The notes: a model not told the origin generated them from the letters alone. DNA of 64,000 bases from an uncultured delta proteobacterium (GCA_963775425.1 CAVZJB010000004.1:576001-640000), one strand, 5' to 3'; numbered from the stretch's first letter, positions 10,066 to 21,048 are shown. A program made the numbers and translations.

Positions 10066-13000
10066 CGTCCGCGGCCGGAGATCCACAGGAAGAACACCGG
10101 CGTCACCACCAGCGTGAAGAGCTGTGAGAACAGCAGGCCGCCGACGACGGCCAGACCGAGGGGCCTGCGCATCTCGGCGCCCGTGCCGAAGCCGATGGCG
10201 ATGGGGAGCGTGCCCACCAGCGCCGCCATCGTCGTCATCATGATGGGGCGGAAGCGGATGATGCTCGCCTCGAAGATGGCTTCGTTGGGGGGCTTTCCCT
10301 GCTTCTGCGCATCGAGGGCGAAGTCCACCATCATGATGCCGTTCTTCTTCACGAGGCCGACGAGCATGACGATGCCGACGAACGCATAGAGCGAGAGGTC
10401 TGCGCCGAACAACAGGAGCGTCAGCAGCGCGCCGAAGCCGGCGAAAGGAAGCGCCGTGAGGATGGTGACCGGGTGGCGGAAGCTCTCGTAGAGCACGCCG
10501 AGCACGATGTAGATGACGACGACGGTGAGCACGAGCAGCCAGCCGAGTCCGGACAAGGACGACTGGAACACCTGCGCGGCGCCCTGGAAGCTGGTCGTGA
10601 CGCCTGCGGGCACGGTCTTGTTTGCCAGGTCCTGCACCGCGCTCACCGCCGGACCGAGCGAGGCGCCCGGCGCCAGGTTGAACGACAGCGTGACGCTCGG
10701 GAGCTGCCCCGAGTGGTTCACCGCCAACGGCGCCGCCGTGGTGTGGAGATCGGCGACCTCGTCGAGAGGCACCAGGGCGCCCGAGTTGGACTTCACGCGG
10801 AGCAGCGAGAGCGCTCGTGGGTCTTCCTGCGCCTCGGGGACCACCTCGAGGATGATCGAGTAGGTGTTGTCCGGGGCGTAGATCGTCGAGACCTGTCGGG
10901 ACGCGAACGCGTCGAACAGCGCGGTCTCCACGGCCATCGCGCTGACGCCCAGCGACGACGCGCGATCGCGGTCGAGCACCACGCGCACCTGCGGGCTCTT
11001 CACCTGAAGGTCGCTGGTGACGTCTTGCAGGAGCGCCACGGCGTGCATCTTGTCCTCGAGCGCGGCGGCCGCCTTGTAGAGCGCGCGTGTGTCGCCGCCC
11101 GAGAGCGTGAGCTGGTACTGGCTCTTCGTGAGCCTGCCGCCGAGCGGGATGGTGCCGGGCTCCTGCAGGAAGACCTTGATTCCCGGGATGCGCGCGAGCT
11201 TCTTGCGCAGCCGCTCGAGGATGACGCCCGCGTCGTCGCGCTTGTTGCGCGGCTCGAGGCGCACGAAGACCATCCCGCTGTTGACTGCGCCGGCGCGCAC
11301 GCCCACCGCGGACATGAAGGCCTCCACGCCGGGCTCGCGGCGAATCACCTCGGCCACCTGCTGCTGGTGGCGCACCATGTCGTCGAAGGAGATGTTCTCC
11401 GCCGCCTCCGTCGACGCGAAGAGCTGGCCGGTGTCCTCGGGCGGCAACAGCCCCTTCGGCACCAGCACGAACAACCCCCCGGTGGCGACGAGCACGAGCG
11501 CGGAGAAGCCGAGCACGAGCTTCACGTGCAGGAGCGCCCAGCGCAGCGCCCGCGCGTAGAGGTTCTGGGCGGCGAAGAACGCGCGCTCGGCGCCCCGCGA
11601 CAAGGCCCCCGGGCGGCGCGCGGCGTCGTGCTCCCTCGTGCTGAGGAAGCGGCTCGCGAGCATCGGGGTCAGCGTCAGCGAGACCATGCCGGAGACGAGG
11701 ATGGCGACGGCGATGGTGACGCCGAACTCGCGAAACAGCCGACCGAGCAGGCCGCCCATGAAGAGCACGGGGATGAACACCGCCGACAGCGACAGCGTCA
11801 TCGACACGATGGTGAAGCCGATCTCGCGCGCGCCGTCGAGCGCCGCCGTGCGCCGGTCTTCACCGCTCTCCATGTGGCGCACGATGTTTTCGAGCATCAC
11901 GATGGCGTCGTCGATGATGAAGCCGACGGACAGCGTCAGCCCCATGAGCGAGAGGTTGTCCAGGCTATATCCGAGCGACCACAAGACGCCGAAGGTCGCG
12001 AGCACCGACAAGGGCAACGCCATGCTCGGGATGAGGGTGGCGCGGGCGCTGCGCAGGAACGCGAAGATCACGAGGATGACCAACGCCAGCGTGATGAGCA
12101 GCGTCAGCTCGACGTCGTTCACCGACGACTGGATGGACGCCGAGCGATCAAAGAGCAGGTGCGCGGTCACCGACGCCGGCAGCCGCTCCTCGAGCTGCGG
12201 GAGCAGCGCGAGGATGGCCTTGGCTACGGCGATGGTGTTGGTGCCGGGCTGGCGCTGGACGGCCAGCACCACCGAGCGCTGCTCCACGCCCCGCGGCCCC
12301 GCCGACACGTAGAACGCGGCGGCGCGGGTGTTCTCGACGCTGTCCACGACCCTGGCGACCTCGTCGAGCCGCACCCAGGCGCCGTCGCGGTACGCGACCA
12401 CCACCGGCCGAAGCTGGGCGGCGTTTTCCACCTGGCCCGTGGCCTGGATGGTGAACGCCAGCCGCGGTCCGCTCAACACGCCGCCTGGGAGGTTGACGTT
12501 GGCGTCCTGCACGGCGCGCGCGACGTCGTCGATGGCGATGTTGCGCTCCTCCAGCGCCTGCGGCGACACCTGCACGCGCAGCGCGTACTTCTGCGCCCCG
12601 AACACCTGCACCTGCGCCACCCCGCTCACCATGGAGATGCGCTGGGCCATGAGCGTCTCGCCGTATTCGTCGAGCTTCCACAGCGGGAGCGTCGGCGATG
12701 TGAGCGCGATGTAGAGCACGGGGTTCGCCGCGGGGTTCACCTTGAAGTACGTGGGCGGCGCCGGCATCTCCGGCGGCAACGAGCGGCCGGCGGCGGCGAT
12801 GGCCGCCTGGACGTCCTGCGCCGCGCCGTCGACGTCCCGGTCGATGTCGAATTGCAGCGTGATCTGCGTGGAGCCGAGGCTCGACGTCGACGTCATCGAA
12901 TCGATGCCGGCGATGGTGGAGAACTGGCGCTCGAGCGGCGTCGCCACCGCCGCCGCCATCGTCTCCGGCGACGCCCCCGGGAGCGCCGCGCTCACGAGGA

Positions 13001-13133
13001 TGGTGGGGAAGTCGACGTTCGGCAGATCGCTCACGGGGAGCGCGCGATAGCCGATGACACCGAAGACGACGATCGCGAGCGAGAGGAGCGTGGTGGCCAC
13101 CGGCCGCCGGATGAACGGACCCGAGATGCTCAC
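10032..13133 (-). CDS. RND efflux permease (AcrB/MdtB-MdtC-like)
   Basis: 1033 aa; FIRRPVAT, LPVSDLPNVDFPTI, GFIIDDAIVMLENI, GLVKKNGIMMVDFA, RFRPIMMTT motifs. Confidence 0.96.
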   Translation of the reverse strand: MSISGPFIRRPVATTLLSLAIVVFGVIGYRALPVSDLPNVDFPTILVSAALPGASPETMAAAVATPLERQFSTIAGIDSMTSTSSLGSTQITLQFDIDRDVDGAAQDVQAAIAAAGRSLPPEMPAPPTYFKVNPAANPVLYIALTSPTLPLWKLDEYGETLMAQRISMVSGVAQVQVFGAQKYALRVQVSPQALEERNIAIDDVARAVQDANVNLPGGVLSGPRLAFTIQATGQVENAAQLRPVVVAYRDGAWVRLDEVARVVDSVENTRAAAFYVSAGPRGVEQRSVVLAVQRQPGTNTIAVAKAILALLPQLEERLPASVTAHLLFDRSASIQSSVNDVELTLLITLALVILVIFAFLRSARATLIPSMALPLSVLATFGVLWSLGYSLDNLSLMGLTLSVGFIIDDAIVMLENIVRHMESGEDRRTAALDGAREIGFTIVSMTLSLSAVFIPVLFMGGLLGRLFREFGVTIAVAILVSGMVSLTLTPMLASRFLSTREHDAARRPGALSRGAERAFFAAQNLYARALRWALLHVKLVLGFSALVLVATGGLFVLVPKGLLPPEDTGQLFASTEAAENISFDDMVRHQQQVAEVIRREPGVEAFMSAVGVRAGAVNSGMVFVRLEPRNKRDDAGVILERLRKKLARIPGIKVFLQEPGTIPLGGRLTKSQYQLTLSGGDTRALYKAAAALEDKMHAVALLQDVTSDLQVKSPQVRVVLDRDRASSLGVSAMAVETALFDAFASRQVSTIYAPDNTYSIILEVVPEAQEDPRALSLLRVKSNSGALVPLDEVADLHTTAAPLAVNHSGQLPSVTLSFNLAPGASLGPAVSAVQDLANKTVPAGVTTSFQGAAQVFQSSLSGLGWLLVLTVVVIYIVLGVLYESFRHPVTILTALPFAGFGALLTLLLFGADLSLYAFVGIVMLVGLVKKNGIMMVDFALDAQKQGKPPNEAIFEASIIRFRPIMMTTMAALVGTLPIAIGFGTGAEMRRPLGLAVVGGLLFSQLFTLVVTPVFFLWISGRGRHSAAGPSMPS

Positions 13134-14254
13134 GACCGCCCTCCCTGTGGGGGCGAGGGCGCCGACACCGTGACCCGCCGGCCCTGCGTCAGCCCGAGCT
13201 GGCCGTCGACCACCACGGTCTCACCGGGGCGCACGCCGGACTCGATGACGATGACGTTGCCGGCGGCGGGTCCGGTCCGCACCCTGCGCAGCGCCGCCGT
13301 GCCGTTGGACGTGACGACGAAGAGCGTGTCGCCCTCCTGGCCGGTCTGCACCGCGGCGCGCGGCACGACCACCGCGCTCCTGCGGACGCCGAGGTGGACG
13401 CGGACGCGCGCGTACGCGCCCGGCCACAAAGACGCGTCTTCGTTTTCGAACGTGGCCTTGCAGGGCACGGCGCCGGTGCCGGAGTCGACCGCGCTGCCGA
13501 CGAACGTGAGCCTGCCGATGCGCGCCGCGTGCTGCGGCGTCGGCAGCACGGCGACCGGGATGTCGCGGCCCGAGGCGCGGCGGGCGAGCGCGTCGTCGAG
13601 CGACGCGCGCGGGAGCTGGAACGCCACGTAGATGGGCTTGATGCGCCGCACGACCACCACCCCGGTGCCGGCGGCGACGTTGCTCCCCACGTCGACCAGG
13701 CGCTGATCGGCGCGGCCGCTCACGGGCGAGCGCACCGTGGCCCACTCGAGGTTCAAGCGCGCCGTGTGCAACGCCGCGCGATCGGCGTCGAGCGTGGCCG
13801 CCGCCGCGCCCGCCGCGGCGACCTTGGCCTCGGCGTCGGCGGGCGCGATGAGCTGGCGCGCGGCGAGGGCCTTGTAGCGGGCGGCGTCGGCCGCGAGGTT
13901 CTTCTCCTGTGCCTCGTCGCGCGCGAGCACCGCGCGCGCCTGATCCATGGCCGCGCGGTACGGCTCGCGGTCGATGACGAAGAGCACCGCGCCCTTGTCG
14001 ACGTACCCGCCCTCGCGAAACCCGATGCGCTCGATCTGGCCCGAGACGCGCGGCGACACGGTCACCTTGCTCACCGCCATCGCGGTGCCGACCGCGTCGA
14101 CCTCGATGGGCACGTCCTCGACGCGCGCGCGCTCGACGACGACCGGCGCCGCCGCCGGCGCCGGCGCTTCGCCCTTGCCGGAGCTGCACGCGCCCGCGCC
14201 CGAAGCGAGCACGACGATCAACCACGGGAAGCTCGACGCATCTCCGGCGCGCAT
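13130..14254 (-). CDS. RND periplasmic adaptor (MFP, MdtA-like)
   Basis: Lipobox GAC; VSPRVSGQI..FREG..V.KG..LFVID, VRSPVSG, LWPGAY, VVVDGQ motifs; overlaps the permease start. Confidence 0.93.
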   Translation of the reverse strand: MRAGDASSFPWLIVVLASGAGACSSGKGEAPAPAAAPVVVERARVEDVPIEVDAVGTAMAVSKVTVSPRVSGQIERIGFREGGYVDKGAVLFVIDREPYRAAMDQARAVLARDEAQEKNLAADAARYKALAARQLIAPADAEAKVAAAGAAAATLDADRAALHTARLNLEWATVRSPVSGRADQRLVDVGSNVAAGTGVVVVRRIKPIYVAFQLPRASLDDALARRASGRDIPVAVLPTPQHAARIGRLTFVGSAVDSGTGAVPCKATFENEDASLWPGAYARVRVHLGVRRSAVVVPRAAVQTGQEGDTLFVVTSNGTAALRRVRTGPAAGNVIVIESGVRPGETVVVDGQLGLTQGRRVTVSAPSPPQGGRS

Positions 14255-14474
14255 GGCCGCTCCTGCCCTCCGTCACGATCCCCACTCGCGGCGCGCGGCG
14301 CAGCCGGTCCGGTGATCGGGCGCTTGTGCTGCGCGCGGGAGCACAGCCGCGCCGTCCGACGCGCGCATACGCCCACCCCGACCGCGGCGGCGACGTCGTC
14401 GCACGGCCGCCCGGGCCCCCGTGCGGCGCCCACCGATCCGCGCTATGCGCGTCGGCGAACCCGGACGGTGAACG

Positions 14475-14990
14475 ATGACCGACGAACTCAAGCGACACCC
14501 GCGCGTGCGAAACCTCGACGAGGTCGAGCCCCACGAGCTCGGCAACGGCAAGCGCTTCGCCTGCCTCGATCGGCGCCTCGGCGTCGCCACCGGCGCGCAC
14601 GCCCTCGGCTGCTCCCACTACGAAGTGGCGCCCGGCAAGACCGCGTTCCCGTTCCACTACCACTGCGCCAACGAAGAGGCCGTGTTCATCCTCGAGGGCG
14701 AGGGCACCATGCGCCTCGGCGAAGAGCGCGTCCCGGTCCGCGCCGGCGACTACATCGCGATGCCCACCGGACCGGACACCGCGCACCAGCTCGACAACAC
14801 CGGCGGCGGCGCCCTCAAGTACCTCTGCATGTCCACGCTCATCCCCGTCGACGTCGTCGGCTACCCGGACAGCAAGAAGAAGGCCGCGAGCGCCGCCGCC
14901 TCCCTCGAGGACGCCTGGGCCGGCAAGCGTTGGGTCCGGCACATCTGGCGCGACGGCCCATCCGCCGGCTACTACGACGGCGAGGAATGA
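14475..14990 (+). CDS. cupin-domain protein
   Basis: [19 protein letters not shown] and AGD..PTG..AHQL.N cupin metal motifs; DVVGYPDS. Confidence 0.9.
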   Translation: MTDELKRHPRVRNLDEVEPHELGNGKRFACLDRRLGVATGAHALGCSHYEVAPGKTAFPFHYHCANEEAVFILEGEGTMRLGEERVPVRAGDYIAMPTGPDTAHQLDNTGGGALKYLCMSTLIPVDVVGYPDSKKKAASAAASLEDAWAGKRWVRHIWRDGPSAGYYDGEE

Positions 14991-14993
14991 ATC

Positions 14994-16787
14994 ATGCGCG
15001 GCGCTGAGCTCATCGGTGACGTCCTCGACCAACACGGCGTGCGCTGTCTCTTCACGCTGTGCGGCGGGCACATCTCGCCCATCCTGGTGGCGGCCAAGAA
15101 GCGCGGCATCCGCGTCGTCGACGTGCGCGACGAGGTCACCGCGGTGTTCGCCGCCGACGCGGTGGGGCGCCTGACCGGCGTGCCCGGCGTCGCCGCGGTG
15201 ACGGCGGGGCCCGGCTGCACCAACACCATCACGGCGATGAAGAACGCGCAGATGGCGGAAAGCCCGGTGGTCCTCCTCGGCGGCGCCACCGCCACGATGT
15301 TGCGCGGCAGGGGCGCGCTGCAGGACATCGATCAGCTCGCGCTCTTCGCGCCATGCACCAAGTGGACCGCGCGCGCCACCAAGGCGCGCGAGCTCCCGTC
15401 GCTCCTCACAGAGGCGTTCTTTCGCGCCAAGCAGGGCGTCCCCGGCCCCGTCTTCCTCGAGTGCCCCGTCGACCTCCTCTACGACCCCGAGCTCGTGCGC
15501 TCCTGGTACGTGCAGAAGGGCGGCGGCAAGAGCATCCAGGAGCGCGCCCTCGCGCTGTATCTCAGGCGCCACGTCGACTCGCTGTTCGACGGGCTCGACG
15601 AGGCCCGCGCGACCACGCCGGTGATCCCGGAGGTGCGCACGCCGCCCCACCACCGGGTGCGAAGCGCGGCCGAGGCGTTCCGCAAGGCCGAGCGCCCCGT
15701 CATCGTCGTCGGCAGCCAGGCGCTCGCGGAGCCCTCCCGCGCCGCCGACGTCGCGCGCGCGCTCGAGGGCATCGGCGCGCCCGTGTACCTCTCGGGCATG
15801 GCGCGCGGCCTCCTCGGCCGCCACGCCGCGCTGCAGGTCCGGCACAAGCGGCGCGACGCGCTCAAGGAGGCCGACGTCGTCCTCCTCGCGGGTACGCCCG
15901 CCGACTTTCGCCTCGACTACGGCCGCCACATCTCGCGCAAGGCCACGTACATCGCCGCCGGCCGCGACAACGCCGCGCTCCACAAGAACCGCTGGCCGCA
16001 GATCGCCGCCGCCGGCGACGCGGGCGCCTTCCTCGTCGCGCTCTGCGCCGAGCTCGGCGGCGCCGTCGCCGCGTCGACGCCCGCACCCGATCGCCCCGCC
16101 GACGCGCCGTCGACGGCGGTGGCGTCGCTGTCGCGGTACGCGCCGTGGGTCGCGCGCCTCAAGGAGCGCGACGCCGCCCGCGACGCCGGCATCGCCGGCG
16201 ACGCCCACGTGCCCGGCGTCGACGGCGTCAACCCGCTCGCCTTTTGCCGCGCGCTCGAGGAGGCCATGGACGAGGACGCCGTCATCGTCGCCGACGGCGG
16301 GGACTTCGTCGCCACCGCGAGCTACATCGTGCGGCCGCGCGCTCCGCTGTCGTGGCTCGATCCCGGCGTGTTCGGCACGCTCGGCGTCGGTGCAGGCTTC
16401 GCCCTCGGCGCCAAGATGCTGCGGCCGGCGCGCGAGCTGTGGGTGGTCTTCGGCGACGGCGCCTTCGGCTGGTCCATGGCGGAGCTCGACACCTTCGCGC
16501 GCCACGGCGTCCCCGTCATCGCCGTCATCGGCAACGACGCCGGCTGGACGCAGATCGCGCGCGAGCAGGTGGAGATGCTCAAGGACGACGTCGGCTGCGT
16601 GCTCGCGCGCACCGACTACGACCAGGTCGGCGTCGCCCTCGGCGGCCACGGCGTGCGCATCGAGACCGACGACGACGTCACCGCCGGCCTCGTGCGCGCC
16701 AAGGAGCTCGCGCGCACGGGCAAGCCGGTGGTGGTCAACGTCCACCTCGGAAAGACCGCGTTCCGCAAGGGCTCCATCTCGATGTGA
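14994..16787 (+). CDS. thiamine-diphosphate-dependent enzyme (acetolactate synthase-like / ILVBL-type acyl-CoA lyase family)
   Basis: [42 protein letters not shown]...GND TPP-binding motif. Confidence 0.92.
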   Translation: MRGAELIGDVLDQHGVRCLFTLCGGHISPILVAAKKRGIRVVDVRDEVTAVFAADAVGRLTGVPGVAAVTAGPGCTNTITAMKNAQMAESPVVLLGGATATMLRGRGALQDIDQLALFAPCTKWTARATKARELPSLLTEAFFRAKQGVPGPVFLECPVDLLYDPELVRSWYVQKGGGKSIQERALALYLRRHVDSLFDGLDEARATTPVIPEVRTPPHHRVRSAAEAFRKAERPVIVVGSQALAEPSRAADVARALEGIGAPVYLSGMARGLLGRHAALQVRHKRRDALKEADVVLLAGTPADFRLDYGRHISRKATYIAAGRDNAALHKNRWPQIAAAGDAGAFLVALCAELGGAVAASTPAPDRPADAPSTAVASLSRYAPWVARLKERDAARDAGIAGDAHVPGVDGVNPLAFCRALEEAMDEDAVIVADGGDFVATASYIVRPRAPLSWLDPGVFGTLGVGAGFALGAKMLRPARELWVVFGDGAFGWSMAELDTFARHGVPVIAVIGNDAGWTQIAREQVEMLKDDVGCVLARTDYDQVGVALGGHGVRIETDDDVTAGLVRAKELARTGKPVVVNVHLGKTAFRKGSISM

Positions 16788-16835
16788 GCCGCGCCCCGCG
16801 CGCCGCCGGCGCAGCGCGGCCCATCAAGCGGCCAA

Positions 16836-17315
16836 TCAAGCGGCTGACGGCGACGACGTCGTGCTCGAGCGCTCCGCCGTCCGCGCATAGGTCTTCAGCG
16901 TGCGCTCGGCGGTGAAGTAGCGCTCGAGGTTCCTCTCGAGCGTGACCAGGCCGTCCTTCAGCGCGGCGCCGATGCGGCTCGGCGGCGGACATTCGGCGGC
17001 GATCCGGCGCGCGTCGGCGACGAGCTCGCGGATGGCGACGTGGTCGCGGATGTGGTCCTCGAGGAGGACATCGCCGTCCGGCGTGCCCGCGAACGGGTGC
17101 ACGGTGGCCTCCGCGACGGCGGCATGCCGGAAGATCTCGTCCTTCAGGCGCAGCAGCGCGTGCATGAGCGAGCGGGCGAACAGCGCCGGGACGTCGACGG
17201 CGTGGGCCACCTTCCATCCCAGGTTCTCGAGCCGCGGCAGCTCTTCCTCGAACGCGCGGTGGTAGCGCTCGACGAGCAGGTGGCAGGTGGCGGACACGGT
17301 GGGCTCAGCGATCAT
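16836..17315 (-). CDS. hemerythrin-like (RIC/YtfE C-terminal-like) protein, degenerate
   Basis: MIAEPT start overlaps upstream stop (ATGA); YHRAFEEELPRLE..KVAH, RH....E, DH, GL..LE.NL pattern resembles the RIC four-helix bundle. Confidence 0.55.
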   Translation of the reverse strand: MIAEPTVSATCHLLVERYHRAFEEELPRLENLGWKVAHAVDVPALFARSLMHALLRLKDEIFRHAAVAEATVHPFAGTPDGDVLLEDHIRDHVAIRELVADARRIAAECPPPSRIGAALKDGLVTLERNLERYFTAERTLKTYARTAERSSTTSSPSAA

Positions 17316-18038
17316 CTTCCCTCCGGAGCCTTGGCCCGGAAGACCGGGGCGGGCGGCAGGTGTCTGAAGAACCATGTGGAGGCGGCGCGACCGAGGGTCG
17401 CGATGGAGCCCGGCTCGTCGAGGCAGGTGCTGGCCCCGGGGATGAGGAGCATCCGGCTTTGCGGCGGAAGGAGACGCAGGCAGTCGCGGCTTTGGTGCGC
17501 GAGGTCGAGGTCGCGACCGCCGATGCACAGGAGCGACGGGGCGCGGACCTTGTGGAGGATCGGCCGCGCGAGGTCGGCGCGGCCGCCGCGGGTGACGACC
17601 GTGCCGACGATGGCGGGCCGCCACGCGGCGGCGACGAGGGCGGCGGCGCCGCCGGTGCCGACGCCGTAGACGCCCACGGGCAGCGGCGCGAGGCGCGCGT
17701 CTGCGCGAACGTGGTCGAGGACCGACGCGAGCCGGCGACCGAGGAAGCCGATATCGAAGCCCAGCGCCCCCCGCTGGGCATCGGCATCGGCTTCCTCGGT
17801 CGTGAGCAGAATCGAGCACCAGCACCCCCAGACCGCGCGCGATCAGCGCCCCCGCCATGGCGTGGCTCTGCGCGGTCGCTCTGCCGTCGCTCTGGGCGAA
17901 GACGACGACCCCCCGTGCCCGGTCCGGCAGCCCCAGGTCTGCGCCGAGCACACCGTCGTCCACGGCCAGTGCGATGCTCTCTCCGATCACCTCACGCCTC
18001 CCCCCGAAGGGCGGTGAGCCCTTCCCCCTGTGTGTCAT
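17312..18038 (-). pseudogene. dienelactone-hydrolase-like alpha/beta hydrolase, frameshifted
   Basis: N-half (LGADLGLPDRARGVVVFA..GLGVLVLD) and C-half (LLTTEE..FDIGFL..VVTRGGRADLA..VRAPSL..IPGA) lie in different frames; removing one base at 17810-17811 joins them. Confidence 0.7.
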
Positions 18039-18229
18039 GTCCCGGGCTCCATCGCCGACAGCGCCCCCGGCGCGCTGCGCCCCTTGGCCGGCGTGAGCTC
18101 GACGATCTGCGGCTGCCATTTGAACGTGACTTCCTTCTCAAGCATGATTCTCGCGGCTTCCTCTGGACTTATGATGTCAATTCTCACTCCAAAGACTCGC
18201 TCCAAAATCACTGTGAGCATGGCGCTCAC
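18035..18229 (-). CDS. small hypothetical protein (64 aa)
   Basis: Purine-rich RBS-like GGAGGTGAG upstream; ATGA overlap with the next gene; composition unlike a shadow ORF. Confidence 0.55.
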   Translation of the reverse strand: MSAMLTVILERVFGVRIDIISPEEAARIMLEKEVTFKWQPQIVELTPAKGRSAPGALSAMEPGT

Positions 18230-18421
18230 CTCCCCCCATGGCGCGACCTCCCCCGAGAGCGCCGCCGGCCCCGCTCGCCCGGAGGGCGAGCCGAAGGTGT
18301 CGATCGCTGCACAGCTCCTTCACTCGTCTCCCGGAGCTCAATCGATCGTCATTCGCTGAGAAATTCCCCTTCAAAGTCACCTCGAAACAACCGTGCGCCG
18401 CCCAGGTCGGCATTCCCGAAG

Positions 18422-18437
18422 TGCAACTGGCGCGCCC
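18422..18437 (-). promoter_or_regulatory. putative sigma-54 (-24/-12) promoter
   Basis: Minus strand GGGCGCGCCAGTTGCA fits GG-N10-GC with TTGCA, upstream of the 18229-16836 operon. Confidence 0.4.
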
Positions 18438-18686
18438 GCCCCAAAGCGCCGTGGGAACGCGAAGCGTGCCCCCCTTTGTGCGCATGCCTGAGGCGAGCCT
18501 GTGGAGTTCACGCAACGTTTGCGCGACTGATCGACGACGCCGTCCCTGGGCCGTCGTTGCGCCGTCCCGGCCGCCGACCGGCCTCGCGGTCGACGCCGCG
18601 GCCGCGAGGCCCTCGCGTCGCGGCGCGCCGAGCCGTTCCCGCCCCTGCAAAAACGCTGGCGTCCTCGGCGCACTGTCCCCAGGCGC

Positions 18687-19472
18687 TCACCCCACGACGA
18701 CACGGTCGTCGAGGTCGACGCCGACGGGCGCGTGGTCGGAGCCCTTCACGGCGCTCTCGATGCACGCGCCGGTGAGGAACGGCATCAGGCCGGGGCTCGC
18801 CAGCACGAGGTCGATGCGCCACCCGATGTTCTTGTCCCGCACGCCGACGCGCGTCGACCACCATGAGTAGTGGTGGGGCCCCTTCTCGAAGTGGCGGAAC
18901 GTGTCCACCCAGCCGTTTTTCAACCAGCGATCGAGCTCGGCGCGCTCCTCGGGCAGGAAGCCCGAGGTCCTCTGGTTCTGGCGCGGGCGCGCGAGGTCGA
19001 TGTCCTGGTGGGCCGTGTTGATGTCGCCCATGACGAGGATGCGGCCGCCGCGGCGCTTCTCCTCCTCGAGGCGGTCGTACAGCGCGCGCGAGAAGGCGAG
19101 CTTGTACGGCACGCGGCTGTTGTCGCGCTCTTTGCCGTTTCCGTTGGGCACATAGACGTTCACCACGCAGAGCGCGCCGAAGCGGGCGATCTGCACCCGC
19201 CCCTCGGGGTCGAACGCCTCGCCGAGCGCGGTGGTGACGCTGTCGGGCGGCCGGCGCGACAGGAGCCCCACCCCGGAGTAGCCCTTCCGCTGCGCGGGCG
19301 AGATGTGCACGTGCAGCCCCTTGAGCTTGTTCAGCTCGACGGAGAGCTGCTCGGGGTGCGCGCGCACCTCCTGAACGCCGACGACGTCGGCGGCGCTCGC
19401 CTTGAGCCACCGGGTGAAGCCCTTCTTCATGATCGACCGCAAGCCGTTCACGTTCCACGAGCGCACGCGCAT
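18687..19472 (-). CDS. xth: exodeoxyribonuclease III
   Basis: SWNVNGLRS, QE, KGYSGV, EGR, NVYVPNG, MGDINTAH, SGFLPEER, YSWWS.R, GWRID, GSDHAPV. Confidence 0.97.
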   Translation of the reverse strand: MRVRSWNVNGLRSIMKKGFTRWLKASAADVVGVQEVRAHPEQLSVELNKLKGLHVHISPAQRKGYSGVGLLSRRPPDSVTTALGEAFDPEGRVQIARFGALCVVNVYVPNGNGKERDNSRVPYKLAFSRALYDRLEEEKRRGGRILVMGDINTAHQDIDLARPRQNQRTSGFLPEERAELDRWLKNGWVDTFRHFEKGPHHYSWWSTRVGVRDKNIGWRIDLVLASPGLMPFLTGACIESAVKGSDHAPVGVDLDDRVVVG

Positions 19473-19606
19473 GCGCGGGAGCTACGGGCGCCGGGCCCGC
19501 CGGGCAAGCCCCGTGGCGGCCCGCAGCCGCTCCGGCAATTTACGACGCAGATCCAGGGGGTTGAGCATCGAAGCCCGACAGTTTCTGACGGGTTTCGGCC
19601 TATAGG

Positions 19607-20242
19607 GTGAGGACTTCATCGATGCTCGACACCAACGCTTCCGTCGCCGCCCCCTGCCCTTCCCGCTCCCTCGACGCCCTGGCTCTCGCCGCGCGCAAGA
19701 AGGTCCCCGGCGCCGAGGAGGCGCTGGTGCAGGCGCTGCTCGTGAAGCTCCGCCCCATCGTCCGCTACCGCGTGCACACCTCCGCCCGTGGGGCGCTCTC
19801 GCAGGCCGACGTCGACGACGTCCTGCAGGACGTGGTGCTCCTCGTGTGGCAGCGGGACCTGCCGGTGTTCGACCCGAGCAAGAGCGGCTTCCTCACGTTC
19901 GCCAACCGGCGCCTGCGCTGGCACCTCGCCGACTGCGCCCGCCGCGCCCGGCGCAGCGCGGGCGACGAGGTCGACGACATCGAGCTCGAGGCCGTCGTCG
20001 ACGTCGACCGCGACCCGGAGGCGCTCCTCGACCTGCACCGCGCGGAGGTCGTGCTCCGGGACATGGAGCGCGCCATCGGCGGCGCCGATCGCTCCGCCCG
20101 CGAGGTGCTCGTGCGCCACGACCTGCGCGGCGCCACCCTGATGGAGGTCGCCAAGGAGCTGCACATCCACGTCTCCAACGCGTGCCGCGCGCGCCAGCGC
20201 GGCCTGCGTCACCTCGCCCGCCACCTGGAGGCCCTCGTCTGA
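19607..20242 (+). CDS. sigma-70 family (ECF-like) sigma factor
   Basis: Region 2 (DVDDVLQDV..FDPSK.GFLTF) and region 4 HTH (TLMEVAKELHIHVSNACR..RGL..L); start uncertain. Confidence 0.8.
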   Translation: MRTSSMLDTNASVAAPCPSRSLDALALAARKKVPGAEEALVQALLVKLRPIVRYRVHTSARGALSQADVDDVLQDVVLLVWQRDLPVFDPSKSGFLTFANRRLRWHLADCARRARRSAGDEVDDIELEAVVDVDRDPEALLDLHRAEVVLRDMERAIGGADRSAREVLVRHDLRGATLMEVAKELHIHVSNACRARQRGLRHLARHLEALV

Positions 20243-20273
20243 CGAGCTCCTGCGCGGGATACAGTCGGCGTCC

Positions 20274-21023
20274 ATGGACCTCCGCGAGCGCGCCGGCGGC
20301 GCTCACACGGCGCGCCACCCCTGGGAGACCGCCCGCGCGGCCTTCTTCCTGCGCGTGCTCCGCGAGACGCGCATGGATTTTCGCGCGGTCCTCGACGTCG
20401 GCGCCGGCGACGGCTACCTCGCCGCACGGATGCGCGACGAGCTGCTCGCGCCGGGCGCGCGCCAGGTGCTCTGGGACAGCGAGTACAGCGCCGCCGACCT
20501 CGCCGCGCTCGCGCGCGCGGGCCTCACCGCGACCCGCGAGCGCCCCGTGGGCCCCTTCGATCTGCTCCTGCTCGCCGACGTCCTCGAGCACGCCGACGAC
20601 GCCGCGGCCCTGCTCGCGGGCGCCCTCGCCGTCTCCGCGCCCGGCGCGCACGTCCTCGTCAGCGTCCCCGCCTGGCCGGCGCTCTGGTCAACCCACGACG
20701 TCGCCCTGCGCCACCGCCGCCGCTACCGCGCGCGCGAGGCCCGTGCGCTCCTCGAGGGCGCCGGCCTCACGGTGCGCGAGCACGGCGGCGTGTTTCACTC
20801 GTTGATGCTCCCGCGCGCCGCCGCCGTCGTCGCCGAGCGCCTGGCCGGCCGTCGCGCGGACGGCGACGCGGGGCCCGGCGTCGGCGCCTGGCGCGGCGGA
20901 CGCCTCACCTCCGCGCTCGTCTCCGGTGCGCTGCGAGCCGAGCAGCGCCTGCTCGCGCGCCCGCTGTCCCGGCGCGGCGTCGACATCGCCGGACTGTCAT
21001 GGTGGGCGCTCGCGCATCGCTGA
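20274..21023 (+). CDS. class I SAM-dependent methyltransferase
   Basis: RHPWE.AR, VLDVGAGDG, DVLEH, VSVPA..LWS.HD..L.H.RRY. Confidence 0.9.
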   Translation: MDLRERAGGAHTARHPWETARAAFFLRVLRETRMDFRAVLDVGAGDGYLAARMRDELLAPGARQVLWDSEYSAADLAALARAGLTATRERPVGPFDLLLLADVLEHADDAAALLAGALAVSAPGAHVLVSVPAWPALWSTHDVALRHRRRYRAREARALLEGAGLTVREHGGVFHSLMLPRAAAVVAERLAGRRADGDAGPGVGAWRGGRLTSALVSGALRAEQRLLARPLSRRGVDIAGLSWWALAHR

Positions 21024-21048
21024 GGTCATCGAGCAAACGGCGGAAGGC

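Noticed and set aside
16817-16845. 12-bp direct repeat GCGGCC(C/A)ATCAA between convergent genes
   Set aside because: Only two short copies with no supporting context
16836-18119. 427-aa ORF as a single fusion protein
   Set aside because: It is a chimaera of the hydrolase N-half, out-of-frame sequence and the hemerythrin-like gene, produced by the frameshift
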